Source: Phycisphaerae bacterium (GTDB lineage: Bacteria; Planctomycetota; Phycisphaerae; Phycisphaerales; Phycisphaeraceae). Taken from it: 45,596 nt of DNA. The stretch lies in assembly GCA_963581115.1 (NCBI GenBank), contig CAUZOD010000001.1, positions 1 through 45,596 on the forward strand, read 5' to 3'. Shown here in pieces: positions 1 to 9,339 of the stretch. Numbering within the stretch: position 1 is the stretch's first letter; each line of letters opens with the position of its first letter. Below the pieces are notes generated by a model. That model did not search any database, was not told the origin of the DNA, and saw only the letters and a program-made list of their open reading frames with translations. A program made the translations under genes and the position numbers.

Positions 1-238
1 ACTTAGTGGAGACATCACCGGTGAAGGTATATTGCCGTACCCGGTTCCACTTCTTATGCCAGTGAAACTGTCCAGCGATTTCACCCCAGAATCCATCTGG
101 ATCATCGATCGATCGCTGATACATCTGCTCGTACTGTTCGTTCGATGCCGTGTGTGCCCCGCGAGAGAATTCTTCCGTGGGAGCAAACATGTGACCTTTA
201 GCAGCGGCAGTGCGGGCGTTGGACGTGCTCTGTGACAT
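1..238 (-). CDS. acs: Acetyl-CoA synthetase, N-terminal fragment (gene continues past the left edge)
   Basis: Hand translation of the reverse strand from ATG 238-236: MSQSTSNARTAAAKGHMFAPTEEFSRGAHTASNEQYEQMYQRSIDDPDGFWGEIAGQFHWHKKWNRVRQYTFTGDVSTK. This is the conserved Acs N-terminus. The frame is open to base 1, so it is not in the ORF track. Confidence 0.75.
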   Translation of the reverse strand, partial: MSQSTSNARTAAAKGHMFAPTEEFSRGAHTASNEQYEQMYQRSIDDPDGFWGEIAGQFHWHKKWNRVRQYTFTGDVSTK

Positions 239-515
239 CGTGGCGACTCCTCAAATTGGGACGTTCCGTCAGACCCAGAACAGGGGATTGAACCTGCGAG
301 GGGTTCCGTCCCCCCACCGGGGCCGGATCCACCAACCTTCTAGCATAAACCCTGTAACGATGGGGGGCAAGACTCTGTCCAATCGGGTAGCCAGGCACCA
401 TCCCAGGCGACGGTTTCACCCCTGGACCGATGCTGGCCTCAGGCTGGCATGGTCGGTTGCCAATTTGGCCTATGCGATCTTGGGACAACTGGCCAGGCTA
501 CACTATTCTGTTGCA

Positions 516-1013
516 ATGCCGCTGATTATTGATGGCTACAACGTGCTACATGAATCAGACAAGCCATCGTCACTTGCCGGTCTTGATGAGGCGTTGTTGT
601 GCGCGGCACTGGCTCGTAGTGACCTGCGATCGCAGTGCCCGGTGGTGGTTTGTGATGGGCGGCCCAAGCCGTTGGGGTTTACCGAGTCTCCATCACCGGG
701 CGTCAGCCTAATTTATTCGGGGCCGAGTCGTAGCGCCGACGACGTGATTATCGCGATGATTGAAGCGGATTCGGCGCCGCGACGGTTGATAGTGGCATCC
801 AGCGATCGGGTCATCCGCCGGGCAGCCCGACGGCGGCGGGCCACGTCATGGACAAGCGTTGAATTTCTTCGCCGCTTGGCAGGGGCATTGGGTGGGGGGC
901 CGCCGCCGACCGATAAGCCAGATGTAGGCGACTTGAGTCCCGAGCAGGTGCGGCATTGGCTGGAGCAGTTTGGTGTGGACGAGGATACGGCAGGGCATGA
1001 CCTGCGGGCTTGA
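516..1013 (+). CDS. YacP/Rae1-like NYN-domain protein
   Basis: Inside track ORF 210..1013. The conserved part starts at ATG 516: MPLIIDGYNVLH, VVVCDG, SADDVIIAMI, IVASSDRVI, matching the YacP NYN pattern (DGYN, VVFD, ADE, TSD). Confidence 0.65.
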   Translation: MPLIIDGYNVLHESDKPSSLAGLDEALLCAALARSDLRSQCPVVVCDGRPKPLGFTESPSPGVSLIYSGPSRSADDVIIAMIEADSAPRRLIVASSDRVIRRAARRRRATSWTSVEFLRRLAGALGGGPPPTDKPDVGDLSPEQVRHWLEQFGVDEDTAGHDLRA

Positions 1014-1036
1014 CGGATCGGATTTTCCCGCATTCA

Positions 1037-1825
1037 ATGTCGGTCCATGGGCACGAGCATGAGATGACCAGAGCATCCTCCTCCGCTGATTCGGATACCG
1101 CTAGCCATATGTCTATAACGTACGGGCGGGTGTTGTTGAAGATCAGTGGCGAGGCGTTCTGTGCCCCAGCAGGATTCGGAATCGACGGTGAGGAACTGAA
1201 ATTGATTGCCCGCGAGATCCACGCAGCTGCACGTCCATCGGTGCAACTTGCAGTGGTTGTAGGGGGCGGGAATTTTATTCGCGGCAAGCAGTTGGCCGAG
1301 GACGGTGTGATTCCTCAGGAGGTCGCGGACCAGATGGGGATGCTAGGTACGGTGATTAATGGTTTGGCGCTCAAGGAGGCGATGGAGCGATTAGGACAAC
1401 CCGCCCGCGTACTTAGTGCTATCAACGTGTCGTCCGTTGCGGAGACCTTTATTCAAGGTCGTGCTTTGCGTCACCTCGAGAAGGGCCGGATCGTTGTTTT
1501 TGTGGCCGGTACGGGCAATCCATTCTGCACAACCGATTCGGCCGCCAGCTTGCGGGCGGCTCAGATCAGGGCCGATGTGGTGCTTAAGGCCACGAAGGTA
1601 GATGGAATCTATGACAAGGACCCTCACGAGCATCATGATGCGGTTCGGTTTGAGAAAATTACATTTTCGGATGCAATAGCGAAAAATCTGAAGGTTATGG
1701 ATATTTCTGCGTTTGACATGTGTCGTCAACGTCGAATCCCGATTGTGGTTTTTAATATGAAGCGTCCTGGGCATATCGCAGCGGTAGTTGGGGGCGAGTC
1801 GTATGGAACAAAGGTAACGGTGTAG
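1037..1825 (+). CDS. pyrH: UMP kinase
   Basis: YGRVLLKISGEAF, VVVGGGNFIRG, FVAGTGNPFCTTDSAASLRAAQI, VDGIYDKDP. The track ORF starts at TTG 1010. ATG 1037, 1064 or 1109 are all possible starts. Confidence 0.9.
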   Translation: MSVHGHEHEMTRASSSADSDTASHMSITYGRVLLKISGEAFCAPAGFGIDGEELKLIAREIHAAARPSVQLAVVVGGGNFIRGKQLAEDGVIPQEVADQMGMLGTVINGLALKEAMERLGQPARVLSAINVSSVAETFIQGRALRHLEKGRIVVFVAGTGNPFCTTDSAASLRAAQIRADVVLKATKVDGIYDKDPHEHHDAVRFEKITFSDAIAKNLKVMDISAFDMCRQRRIPIVVFNMKRPGHIAAVVGGESYGTKVTV

Positions 1826-1890
1826 TAAGCCGATGGTGATGCGGTTTGGTCGGGGTGAATTGTGCTGTGTTCAGCCGGAGTGCAAGCGAC

Positions 1891-2457
1891 ATGAGTCTTG
1901 AAGAAATCCTGTTCGAATCCGAGGCCGCAATGGAGAAGGCGGCAGGTTATCTGAAGAACGAGTTGCGCGGTGTCCGTACGGGTCGGGCGTCAACTGCGAT
2001 GGTGGAATACCTGAAAGTTGACTGCTACGGCGCGGAGGCGGAATTGCGCAGTCTTGCGGTGATCAATGTGCCAGAGGCGTCTTCGATCCTGATTAAGCCC
2101 TTTGATCCGGGTACGATCAAAGACGTTGCTCGTGCCATCGAAAAGGCGGGCCTGGGGTTGAACCCAATCGTGGAGGGGAAACAGGTGCGATTAAATATTC
2201 CGCCACTTTCGGGCGAGCGGCGCCAGCAGTTGGTGGGGTCGGTCAAGCAGATGGGCGAACAGACTAAGGTTGCCATTCGCAACGCGAGGCGTGATGCTAA
2301 GAAGCACATTGATCAGGCCGTCAAGGACAAGAGTCAGCATCTGTCCGAGGACGACGGCTCCGGTGCCCACGACGAGGTGCAGCGGCTCCTGAAGAATTAT
2401 GAGACGCAGGTGGACGAGATAGTGGCTCAGAAGACCAAGGAGGTACAGGAGATTTAA
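1891..2457 (+). CDS. frr: Ribosome recycling factor
   Basis: MSLEEILFESEAAMEKAAGYLKNELRGVRTGRAS, ILIKPFDP, GLGLNP, RLNIPPLSGERRQQL. Start taken at ATG 1891 inside track ORF 1846..2457. Confidence 0.9.
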   Translation: MSLEEILFESEAAMEKAAGYLKNELRGVRTGRASTAMVEYLKVDCYGAEAELRSLAVINVPEASSILIKPFDPGTIKDVARAIEKAGLGLNPIVEGKQVRLNIPPLSGERRQQLVGSVKQMGEQTKVAIRNARRDAKKHIDQAVKDKSQHLSEDDGSGAHDEVQRLLKNYETQVDEIVAQKTKEVQEI

Positions 2458-2740
2458 ATCGCTTGGCTAATCGGTATTTTTCTTCCGCCCTTTCGCAGAA
2501 CATCTATAGTCGAATCGACGCGGCGGCAGCTTATAGGCCTGACTACCTGCCAGTTCAATTAATAAATCCATCAGCAATGATTTGTTTCAGGTAACGGCCA
2601 CCCAGCTGTGTTGCTTGTCAGTCGGCCGCCGATCTGGTTATTTGAATCGCATCGTCATCTTTTCCGCCTTACGGTTGGATCTTACCCCTTCTACTGTCTC
2701 GATGGAGGCGGTTCGAATGGCCAAATCAGCGGCTGAATTT

Positions 2741-2770
2741 TTGGCAAACAGGTGCTGCCTGCGCTATAAT
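2741..2770 (+). promoter_or_regulatory. Candidate sigma70-type promoter (TTGGCA-18 nt-TATAAT) upstream of the DUF4159 gene
   Basis: TTGGCA at 2741-2746 and TATAAT at 2765-2770, about 165 nt upstream of ATG 2935. Sequence match only. Confidence 0.35.
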
Positions 2771-2934
2771 GCCTCACCGGGCAAGTAGACCGGTCACGAA
2801 AAACATGCGCATTTGTTATGTCAGAGGGCGCCGGGAGATTTGGAAGCAATCGGCGGTACTGGGTTTGCCGATTGCGGGTACTGTCCGCTGAGCCCAGTCG
2901 CATCCGAACAGAGGGCCAGCAAAAGGTGCAGGTG

Positions 2935-5900
2935 ATGTTTCATTTCAAGTTATGGGTGTGGCTCGTCGCGGGGACGATGGTGTGGGCGTATCTGGCGTCG
3001 GCATCAGTTGCAGCAGTAGAGTTGGAGGCGATGGTCGAGCAACTGATTACTGAGGCCAAGGAACTCGACGAATTGCAAGATCCCGCGGTGCCACCAGTAT
3101 GGCGCCGTCCGCATCCCCAGATGGCCGCCTGGGACCCGCAGATGGGCCGCCCCGTGCTCGAACGGCTGACCAAAAAATTTACCGGGAATGACTACCGTGA
3201 CAGTTACGTGCGATGGCACTTAATGTGGGCAGTGCAACGCTTGCTAGAAGTAGAATTTGATCAGTTCCGCCGTACTGGCAAGCACAGCGTGCCAGACGAT
3301 GTCGGGCCCCAATTCGTGAAGCTGGTGCAAGCGATGCCCGAGGAGATCCGTGGTGCGTATCGATTGTGGTATCGGCACGAACCAGAGGACATCGCCGCCC
3401 GATATCACACGCTGAACCACGCCACCTATATCAAGGTTGGGTTTTCACCGTTCGAGCGGGAATATTGGGGTAAAAATTCATTGATGCACCATCCTTTGGT
3501 GAGACAGGAGGAGGTCAAGCAGATTCTCGCCGAAATGGATCGGCTGCGCCCGTTGTTCAAGACCATCTATGACAAAGAAGCCCAAGCGTATAACAATCGC
3601 ATCACCAAGATGAATCTTCTGGTGCGAGAATATCGCGGGGACCTGATTTATGCCATCATCCAGACCGGGGAACCAGACATGCTCAAGCTGGTCACCCGAG
3701 AGATTGGTAAACAGGTCGATCGCAAGCAGTGGATCGGACTGGATCTGATGGCCTACATGTACGTGGCAGCGTACGACGGCTACCTGGCGCTGTACGACGA
3801 AGACCTGCTCATAGCGGTGGGCAAGGAACTGGCCCATATTGCGCAGCGGGCTCGGGAATATGTTGGCTACATGATTGGGCATGGGCCGGCGCCGGATTGG
3901 TATGTTCCGAATCATCGCAGTTTCGCCGATTACGCGTACCACATGGTCCGGTTGCTGGAGACTCCGGACACGGTTCGCCAGTTTCTGGCCCGATACCAAG
4001 CCCCGAAGGGCGTTGGTATTAAGCAGAATCCGGACCAGAAGATCTCGCCAGAGGATCTGACTATTGACCATATTCGTCGGGCAATTTCAGCCGCGACGTC
4101 CGAGCTCTATCATCCGCGCTCAGCCAACAAGGACCTGCTTCCGAACTACAAGATTCGAAGCTATCGGAGGCTGTGGTCCTTGCTGCACCACAACGGAATT
4201 CAGAGTCCGGAATACCAGGAAATTGTGCACGAGATTGGCAACCATTCTCTGGTTTGTTGGGCGATGATTTCAGCTGGAGAAAAGTATCAGGACCCACGTC
4301 TGTTCAAGCGGATCAATTGGGTACTTAGTTCCGATATCCCTTTCACCTACGATCGCGCGATGCGGTCACTGTTGCTGAGTAACCTTTCAGCTGATCGGTG
4401 GGGCAACTATGCCCGCCGCGACCTGAAGTGGCTGGTGGGCGCACTGTCAGACAAAGGCAATTGGGCCGGTGAGTACTACGGAGGTGACAGCGATGGCTGG
4501 GGGGACCACGCCAACGGACAGTACGGTGTGCTCGGTCTGTGGGCAGCCCAGCGATCAGGGGTAGACATTCCAACCTCGGTGTGGAAGAGCATTGACGGTC
4601 ACTGGCGGCACACCCAGCAGCAGATACCGGCGTTAGAGCCAGCGGGATGGACTGTTGGCATGCTCAACGTCGAGGGAGAGAACGACGGAGAACTCGTGCC
4701 GCCGTTCTACCAGGCGGTTAGTGCGCCCATGACTGCCGGCGGAGTGGCGACCCTAACCCTGACTGAGCGATATCTGTATGGACCAAAATTGACTTCAGTG
4801 GGCAAGGACAATGTATCGCCGGCATTGCGCAAAGGCATTGCGTGGCTTAATAACAGCTTCGATCTCAATATTTCGGGAATTGATGTCGACTGGTTTTATT
4901 ACATGTGGACGATGCAGCGGGTGGGGCAGGCGACCGGCATCCGTACATTCAATGATGTTGATTGGTTTCGGCAAGTTACTGCAGAGATGCTCAACCGCCA
5001 GGGGCCCGACGGATTGTGGCGCGATCCGACGGGCAAGCAGGGCACGCTACTGTCGACGGGATTTGCGCTGTTGTACCTGGGTAATGCACTCAGCCCTATC
5101 GCGGTATCCAAGGTTCAGTTCGACGGCAATTGGAACAATCGACCCAACGACTTGTGGAACTTTGTGGAGCACATTTCTAGTGAATTGGAGGCAACGACGA
5201 CCTGGCAGATCGTGCAGCTGGATCAGCCGCTCTATCAACTCGTTGAAAGCCCGCTACTGTATTTGGCATCTGACCAGCCGATCGAACTTGCTGCGGATCA
5301 ACTTCAGCGCCTTCGTGAGTATCTTACTGCCGGTGGGATGCTTGTGACTAATCCTGAGAGCAGTGAGAGTGGCACGGCTCGCAGCTTCCACAATCTGGCG
5401 GAGAAGTTATTTCCTGGCCGGTCTCTGGAGAAGTTGCATCGCGATCACCCGGTGTTCCATGTGTATCGTAAGCTGCCGCAATCAGTGCAGATCATGGCGA
5501 TCGACAGCGGTGTGCGCCCCTTGATGGTGCATTTTCGTAAGGATTTGAGCAAGGGTCTGCAGGCCAACGACATTAGTCGTGCCGACGGATTCCCGGCTCT
5601 GGCGAACCTGTATCTTTATTCGGTTGATCGAAACCCAAGGCGGGTACGTCTGGAAACAAATTTCGTGGGACCGGTGACAAATAAGCCCTCACGAACCTTG
5701 GTTGGTGCGCGGATTCGTTACGACGGGCAGTTTGACCCTGAGCCGGGCGCTGGTACGCAGCTGCAGCGGCTACTCGCCCGTGACCATGACCTTGCGCTGA
5801 CCATGGATACCGTTGCGGCTGTGGATCTGAACACTCATAAGTTTGCACTGCTCAGCGCTCTGGCAGACTCACAACTGACTGATGAGGAAGCAGCAGCAAT

Positions 5901-6300
5901 CCGGCGTTGGGTCGAAGCTGGCGGCACCTTGTGGATGGATGCGGCGGGTGGATCACAGGGGGCCGTCGAGGCTCTAGCGGCCATGCTGGCCAAGATTATG
6001 CCAGGGGCCCGGCCTGAGCCGCTGGGACCATCCGATCCGATCATCAGTGGTTATTACGCCAACGAGCGTGTGCGATATCGTTCCTATGTGCTGGGCACCA
6101 TGGGCGCTTCGAACACACCGCGACTGACGGCAGTACGCCAGAAAGGTCGGGCGGCAATTATCTATTCGCCTGAGGATTTAACCGGTGGTCTAGCCGGCCT
6201 CTCGCACTGGGGCATTTTCGGGTATTCCGTGGAATCGGCGCGGCGGCTGGTGCTCAATGGCGTACTTGATGTGCTTCAACGGTACAATCAGGCACCGTGA
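2935..6300 (+). CDS. Large secreted/envelope protein with prenyltransferase-like alpha-toroid repeats and two DUF4159-like C-terminal modules
   Basis: Track ORF 2818..6300. Likely start is ATG 2935 (MFHFKLWVWLVAGTMVWAYLASASVAA, a signal peptide or TM helix). Toroid-like repeats: GNWAGEYYGG..GQYGVLGLWAA and QGPDGLWRD..LLSTGFALLYLG. DUF4159-like modules: PLLYLASDQPIELAADQLQRLREYLTAGGMLV..DHPVFH and LTDEEAAAIRRWVEAGGTLWMDAAGG. Confidence 0.6.
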   Translation: MFHFKLWVWLVAGTMVWAYLASASVAAVELEAMVEQLITEAKELDELQDPAVPPVWRRPHPQMAAWDPQMGRPVLERLTKKFTGNDYRDSYVRWHLMWAVQRLLEVEFDQFRRTGKHSVPDDVGPQFVKLVQAMPEEIRGAYRLWYRHEPEDIAARYHTLNHATYIKVGFSPFEREYWGKNSLMHHPLVRQEEVKQILAEMDRLRPLFKTIYDKEAQAYNNRITKMNLLVREYRGDLIYAIIQTGEPDMLKLVTREIGKQVDRKQWIGLDLMAYMYVAAYDGYLALYDEDLLIAVGKELAHIAQRAREYVGYMIGHGPAPDWYVPNHRSFADYAYHMVRLLETPDTVRQFLARYQAPKGVGIKQNPDQKISPEDLTIDHIRRAISAATSELYHPRSANKDLLPNYKIRSYRRLWSLLHHNGIQSPEYQEIVHEIGNHSLVCWAMISAGEKYQDPRLFKRINWVLSSDIPFTYDRAMRSLLLSNLSADRWGNYARRDLKWLVGALSDKGNWAGEYYGGDSDGWGDHANGQYGVLGLWAAQRSGVDIPTSVWKSIDGHWRHTQQQIPALEPAGWTVGMLNVEGENDGELVPPFYQAVSAPMTAGGVATLTLTERYLYGPKLTSVGKDNVSPALRKGIAWLNNSFDLNISGIDVDWFYYMWTMQRVGQATGIRTFNDVDWFRQVTAEMLNRQGPDGLWRDPTGKQGTLLSTGFALLYLGNALSPIAVSKVQFDGNWNNRPNDLWNFVEHISSELEATTTWQIVQLDQPLYQLVESPLLYLASDQPIELAADQLQRLREYLTAGGMLVTNPESSESGTARSFHNLAEKLFPGRSLEKLHRDHPVFHVYRKLPQSVQIMAIDSGVRPLMVHFRKDLSKGLQANDISRADGFPALANLYLYSVDRNPRRVRLETNFVGPVTNKPSRTLVGARIRYDGQFDPEPGAGTQLQRLLARDHDLALTMDTVAAVDLNTHKFALLSALADSQLTDEEAAAIRRWVEAGGTLWMDAAGGSQGAVEALAAMLAKIMPGARPEPLGPSDPIISGYYANERVRYRSYVLGTMGASNTPRLTAVRQKGRAAIIYSPEDLTGGLAGLSHWGIFGYSVESARRLVLNGVLDVLQRYNQAP

Positions 6301-7724
6301 ATGAAGTCGCACGACGATTCAGCGTTCCGATCGATATCGAGGCCGTGATCTCTGGTACCGCTCGTCTGGACCGGGATCAGGCGATGTGTCTTTACCACGA
6401 GGCCACACTGCACGAACTGGGCCGCTGGTCGAGCGAGGTCTGCGAGCGGTTGCACGGGCCGTTGGTCCGCACGTTTGTAAAGGACCGGAACATCAACTAC
6501 ACCAATATCTGCTCAGCCCGCTGCACTTTTTGTGCGTTTCGGCGAGACGGTGACGAGGCTGATGCCTATACACTCGATCGACGGCAGCTGCACGATAAGA
6601 TCCGCGAATTAATCGATGTAGGTGGGACCCAGATCCTGCTTCAGGGGGGGATGAATCCGGATCTGGGCATCGAGTTTTACGAGGACATGCTTCGGGGCAT
6701 CAAGTTGACCTTCCCAGCGGTGCATATACACGGCTTTAGCCCGCCGGAGTTCGTGGAGTTCGTCGCGGTACTGGACATCGCCGGCTTTGAATCACCTGGT
6801 GCCGGGCGCAGCAATCATCTGCCACTCGACGTCTGGCGGGCGAAGCTGGAGGCCATCATGGCCCGTCTCGCAACCGCGGGGCTAGACAGCCTGCCAGGTG
6901 GTGGCGGCGAGATTTTTGCCGAGCACGTACGGCGCCGGATCGGTTTGGGCAAGGCATCAGCCCGCCAGTGGCTGGAGGTGATGGCGTGTGCGCACCGGCT
7001 TGGGATGCGGACCAGTGCCACAATGATGTTTGGCCACATCGAATCGCGTAGCGACCGCGTTGACCACATGCTGAGCGTGCGAGAATGGCAGGATCGTGCA
7101 ATCGCTCACAACTGGCCGGGTCGGTATGTCAGCTTCATCAGCTGGCCGTTTCAGCGCGAGAATACGCCTTTGGGCCGGGTACCCGAATGGGATCCGATGA
7201 CTGAGGACGATTTTCCTGGCGATACGCTTGCCGAGGCGATTTACCATAGCAGGGTCGATTCTTCAGATAAGATGGCGTGTGATCAAGTGGCGCCCCGAGC
7301 GGGTAAGTTTGTGCGCATGGTCAGGGCTGCTGAATACCTGCGCACACAGGCCCTTTCACGGCTCGTGTTGGATAATATCGCGTCTATCGGTTCGAGTTGG
7401 GTCACTATGGGTCCTCATATTGGCCAGATGGGCTTGTTCTTTGGGGCCAACGACATGGGCTCAATCATGATGGAGGAGAATGTGGTTAGCGCCGCTGGTA
7501 CAACCTATCGACTTGATGAGCAGGTACTCTGCCACCTGATTCGGGGTGGTGGTTTTACCCCAGCGCAGCGGGACAATTCGTACCGGATCCTGTGCACCTA
7601 CGATGGGCCGGATAGCCCCGACCTTCGAGTCACCGATTGGTCACGGCATCGCGCTGGATCACCATCTGCGACCGAGCATGCCGACGATGCAGTGGCAGTC
7701 CCGTTGACGATTGCGGCCGAGTGA
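6297..7724 (+). CDS. mqnC: Radical SAM enzyme of the MqnC/MqnE (futalosine menaquinone) family, MqnC-like
   Basis: CX3CX2C cluster motif in DRNINYTNICSARCTFCAF, plus GGTQILLQGG, AGLDSLPGGGGEIF and FGANDMGSIMMEENV. GTG 6297 overlaps the upstream TGA (GTGA). GTG 6345 is an alternative start. The protein is longer than typical family members (insertions and a C-terminal tail). Confidence 0.65.
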   Translation: MNEVARRFSVPIDIEAVISGTARLDRDQAMCLYHEATLHELGRWSSEVCERLHGPLVRTFVKDRNINYTNICSARCTFCAFRRDGDEADAYTLDRRQLHDKIRELIDVGGTQILLQGGMNPDLGIEFYEDMLRGIKLTFPAVHIHGFSPPEFVEFVAVLDIAGFESPGAGRSNHLPLDVWRAKLEAIMARLATAGLDSLPGGGGEIFAEHVRRRIGLGKASARQWLEVMACAHRLGMRTSATMMFGHIESRSDRVDHMLSVREWQDRAIAHNWPGRYVSFISWPFQRENTPLGRVPEWDPMTEDDFPGDTLAEAIYHSRVDSSDKMACDQVAPRAGKFVRMVRAAEYLRTQALSRLVLDNIASIGSSWVTMGPHIGQMGLFFGANDMGSIMMEENVVSAAGTTYRLDEQVLCHLIRGGGFTPAQRDNSYRILCTYDGPDSPDLRVTDWSRHRAGSPSATEHADDAVAVPLTIAAE

Positions 7725-7968
7725 TGGTGTCTCAACTACCGTTTGCAGGCGATGTGCCAGAAAAACGAAAAATAGCGATCGGTGGATGCTGGGGTCGCAT
7801 CAACTCTTCTTCTTTCTTCGTGCTTTGCCGGTTGTTATGAGGAGAGACTGACCCATCAGTGGTAATCATTCGCAGTTTAAAGATTTTCAGCGAGGATTAT
7901 GGCAATGATGCTGCGTGAGCCCAAGCCGCATCTAAGATACAGAAGCTGTAGGTAAGCAAGCGAGTGAG

Positions 7969-9135
7969 CTAGCTCGGACCCGGCCATCCGTCGAACACGA
8001 ACCGACCATTCTTGGAGATGACCTCGCCGTCGACGGCGATGGTGCCGTTGTCTCGAAGGTCGCAGACCATGTCCCAATGCAGTCCGCTCTTATTGTGGTT
8101 GCCGGTTTCCGGATAACCCTCCCCTACGGCGGCGTGGAAAGTCCCCCCGATCTTCTCGTCAAACAGTGTGTTCTTGGAATATTCGGTGATGCGGTAGTTG
8201 GTGCCGATTGCGATTTCACCCAGCCGCCTTGCGCCCGGATCCTGGTCGAGCATTGCCAAGAGAAAATCCTGATTTTTGCTTGCCACGGCTCCGACAACCC
8301 GACCCCGCTCGAAGGTTAGTTCGATGTCATGTACCTCACGTCCATGATGTACCACGGGGAAGGAGTAACGCACGACACCATTGACACCGCCATCGGGCGC
8401 TTCGAGATTGGGGCCGGTAAAGACTTCCCCATCGGGGAAGTTCGCCTCGCCACAGCAGTTTATCCACTTCATGCCTTCAACATTGACCTGCAGGTCGGTG
8501 CCTTCGGCCTGGAAATGCACTATTTTCTTCCCATTGAGATAATCGGTGACTTGCTGCTGCCGTTGCTTAATGCGCTGCCACTGGGCCACGGAGTCCTCTT
8601 GATCGAGGTACCCGGCTGCGAACACAAAATCCGCATACTGGCGCAGGCTCATCTCTGCATCCTGGGCCGACGCTTCGGTGGGGTACTGGGTTCCTACCCA
8701 TCGTAGTGGTTTGACCCCGGGGTGTGCTTGTGGGTCATCGGTGGCGGCGGATCGCTTCATGAATATGTCCATGACCGGTTGGCGCGATGCCGAAGCGATC
8801 CCCTGTTTCTTGGGATCCACGCGGGAGAGGTTCTTGGTATTGGTGTCAGCCCAGAGCCCGATACTAACGTCGATAGTGTTGATCTCTTCTAAACTCAAGG
8901 GACTGACGTATCGCAACTGTTCCTCACTGGCATATTCAAAAAACAGATCCTGGAGGCTCCCGGGTACACAGCGAAATACCGGGTGTGCCCCGGCTTGGAC
9001 GACCTGCTCGTAGACAGCCTCGAGTAATGGCATCGCGACAGGATCGCCCATGATTCGCACCAACTGCCCGGGTTGGACCTGGGTTGAATAGTGCACCAGC
9101 ACCTGGGCAAGTTTTTCGATTCGCGGGTCTCGCAT
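7969..9135 (-). CDS. Aminopeptidase, M29 (AmpS/PepS) family
   Basis: MRDPRIEKLAQVLVHYSTQVQPGQLVRI and the C-terminal GGTFHAAVGEGYPETGNHNKSGLHWDMVCDL, typical of thermophilic-metalloprotease M29 enzymes. Confidence 0.85.
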   Translation of the reverse strand: MRDPRIEKLAQVLVHYSTQVQPGQLVRIMGDPVAMPLLEAVYEQVVQAGAHPVFRCVPGSLQDLFFEYASEEQLRYVSPLSLEEINTIDVSIGLWADTNTKNLSRVDPKKQGIASASRQPVMDIFMKRSAATDDPQAHPGVKPLRWVGTQYPTEASAQDAEMSLRQYADFVFAAGYLDQEDSVAQWQRIKQRQQQVTDYLNGKKIVHFQAEGTDLQVNVEGMKWINCCGEANFPDGEVFTGPNLEAPDGGVNGVVRYSFPVVHHGREVHDIELTFERGRVVGAVASKNQDFLLAMLDQDPGARRLGEIAIGTNYRITEYSKNTLFDEKIGGTFHAAVGEGYPETGNHNKSGLHWDMVCDLRDNGTIAVDGEVISKNGRFVFDGWPGPS

Positions 9136-9339
9136 GGCAGATGGCCTCGGCGGGTCGGCGTCATGTTATAGCGGTTACGGATCCCGGGTGTCTGGTGGGT
9201 TGCCTGTGGCCTGTCTGATCGCCATTGGGACGCTGTTTGGGGGTCGGGAGAGGGCGTTGCGCCCACGGTAGAGGGCGGCAATCAATGCTTGTGGAGATTG
9301 CCGGGGCATGACAAGAATCGGTAAGATGATCTGCTGGTG

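Noticed and set aside
2458-2934. Possible ncRNA (RNase P, tmRNA, SRP or 6S RNA) in the 480-nt gap after frr
   Set aside because: I found none of the conserved core motifs I know for these RNAs. The only feature is a promoter-like TTGGCA-18-TATAAT element, reported separately at low confidence.
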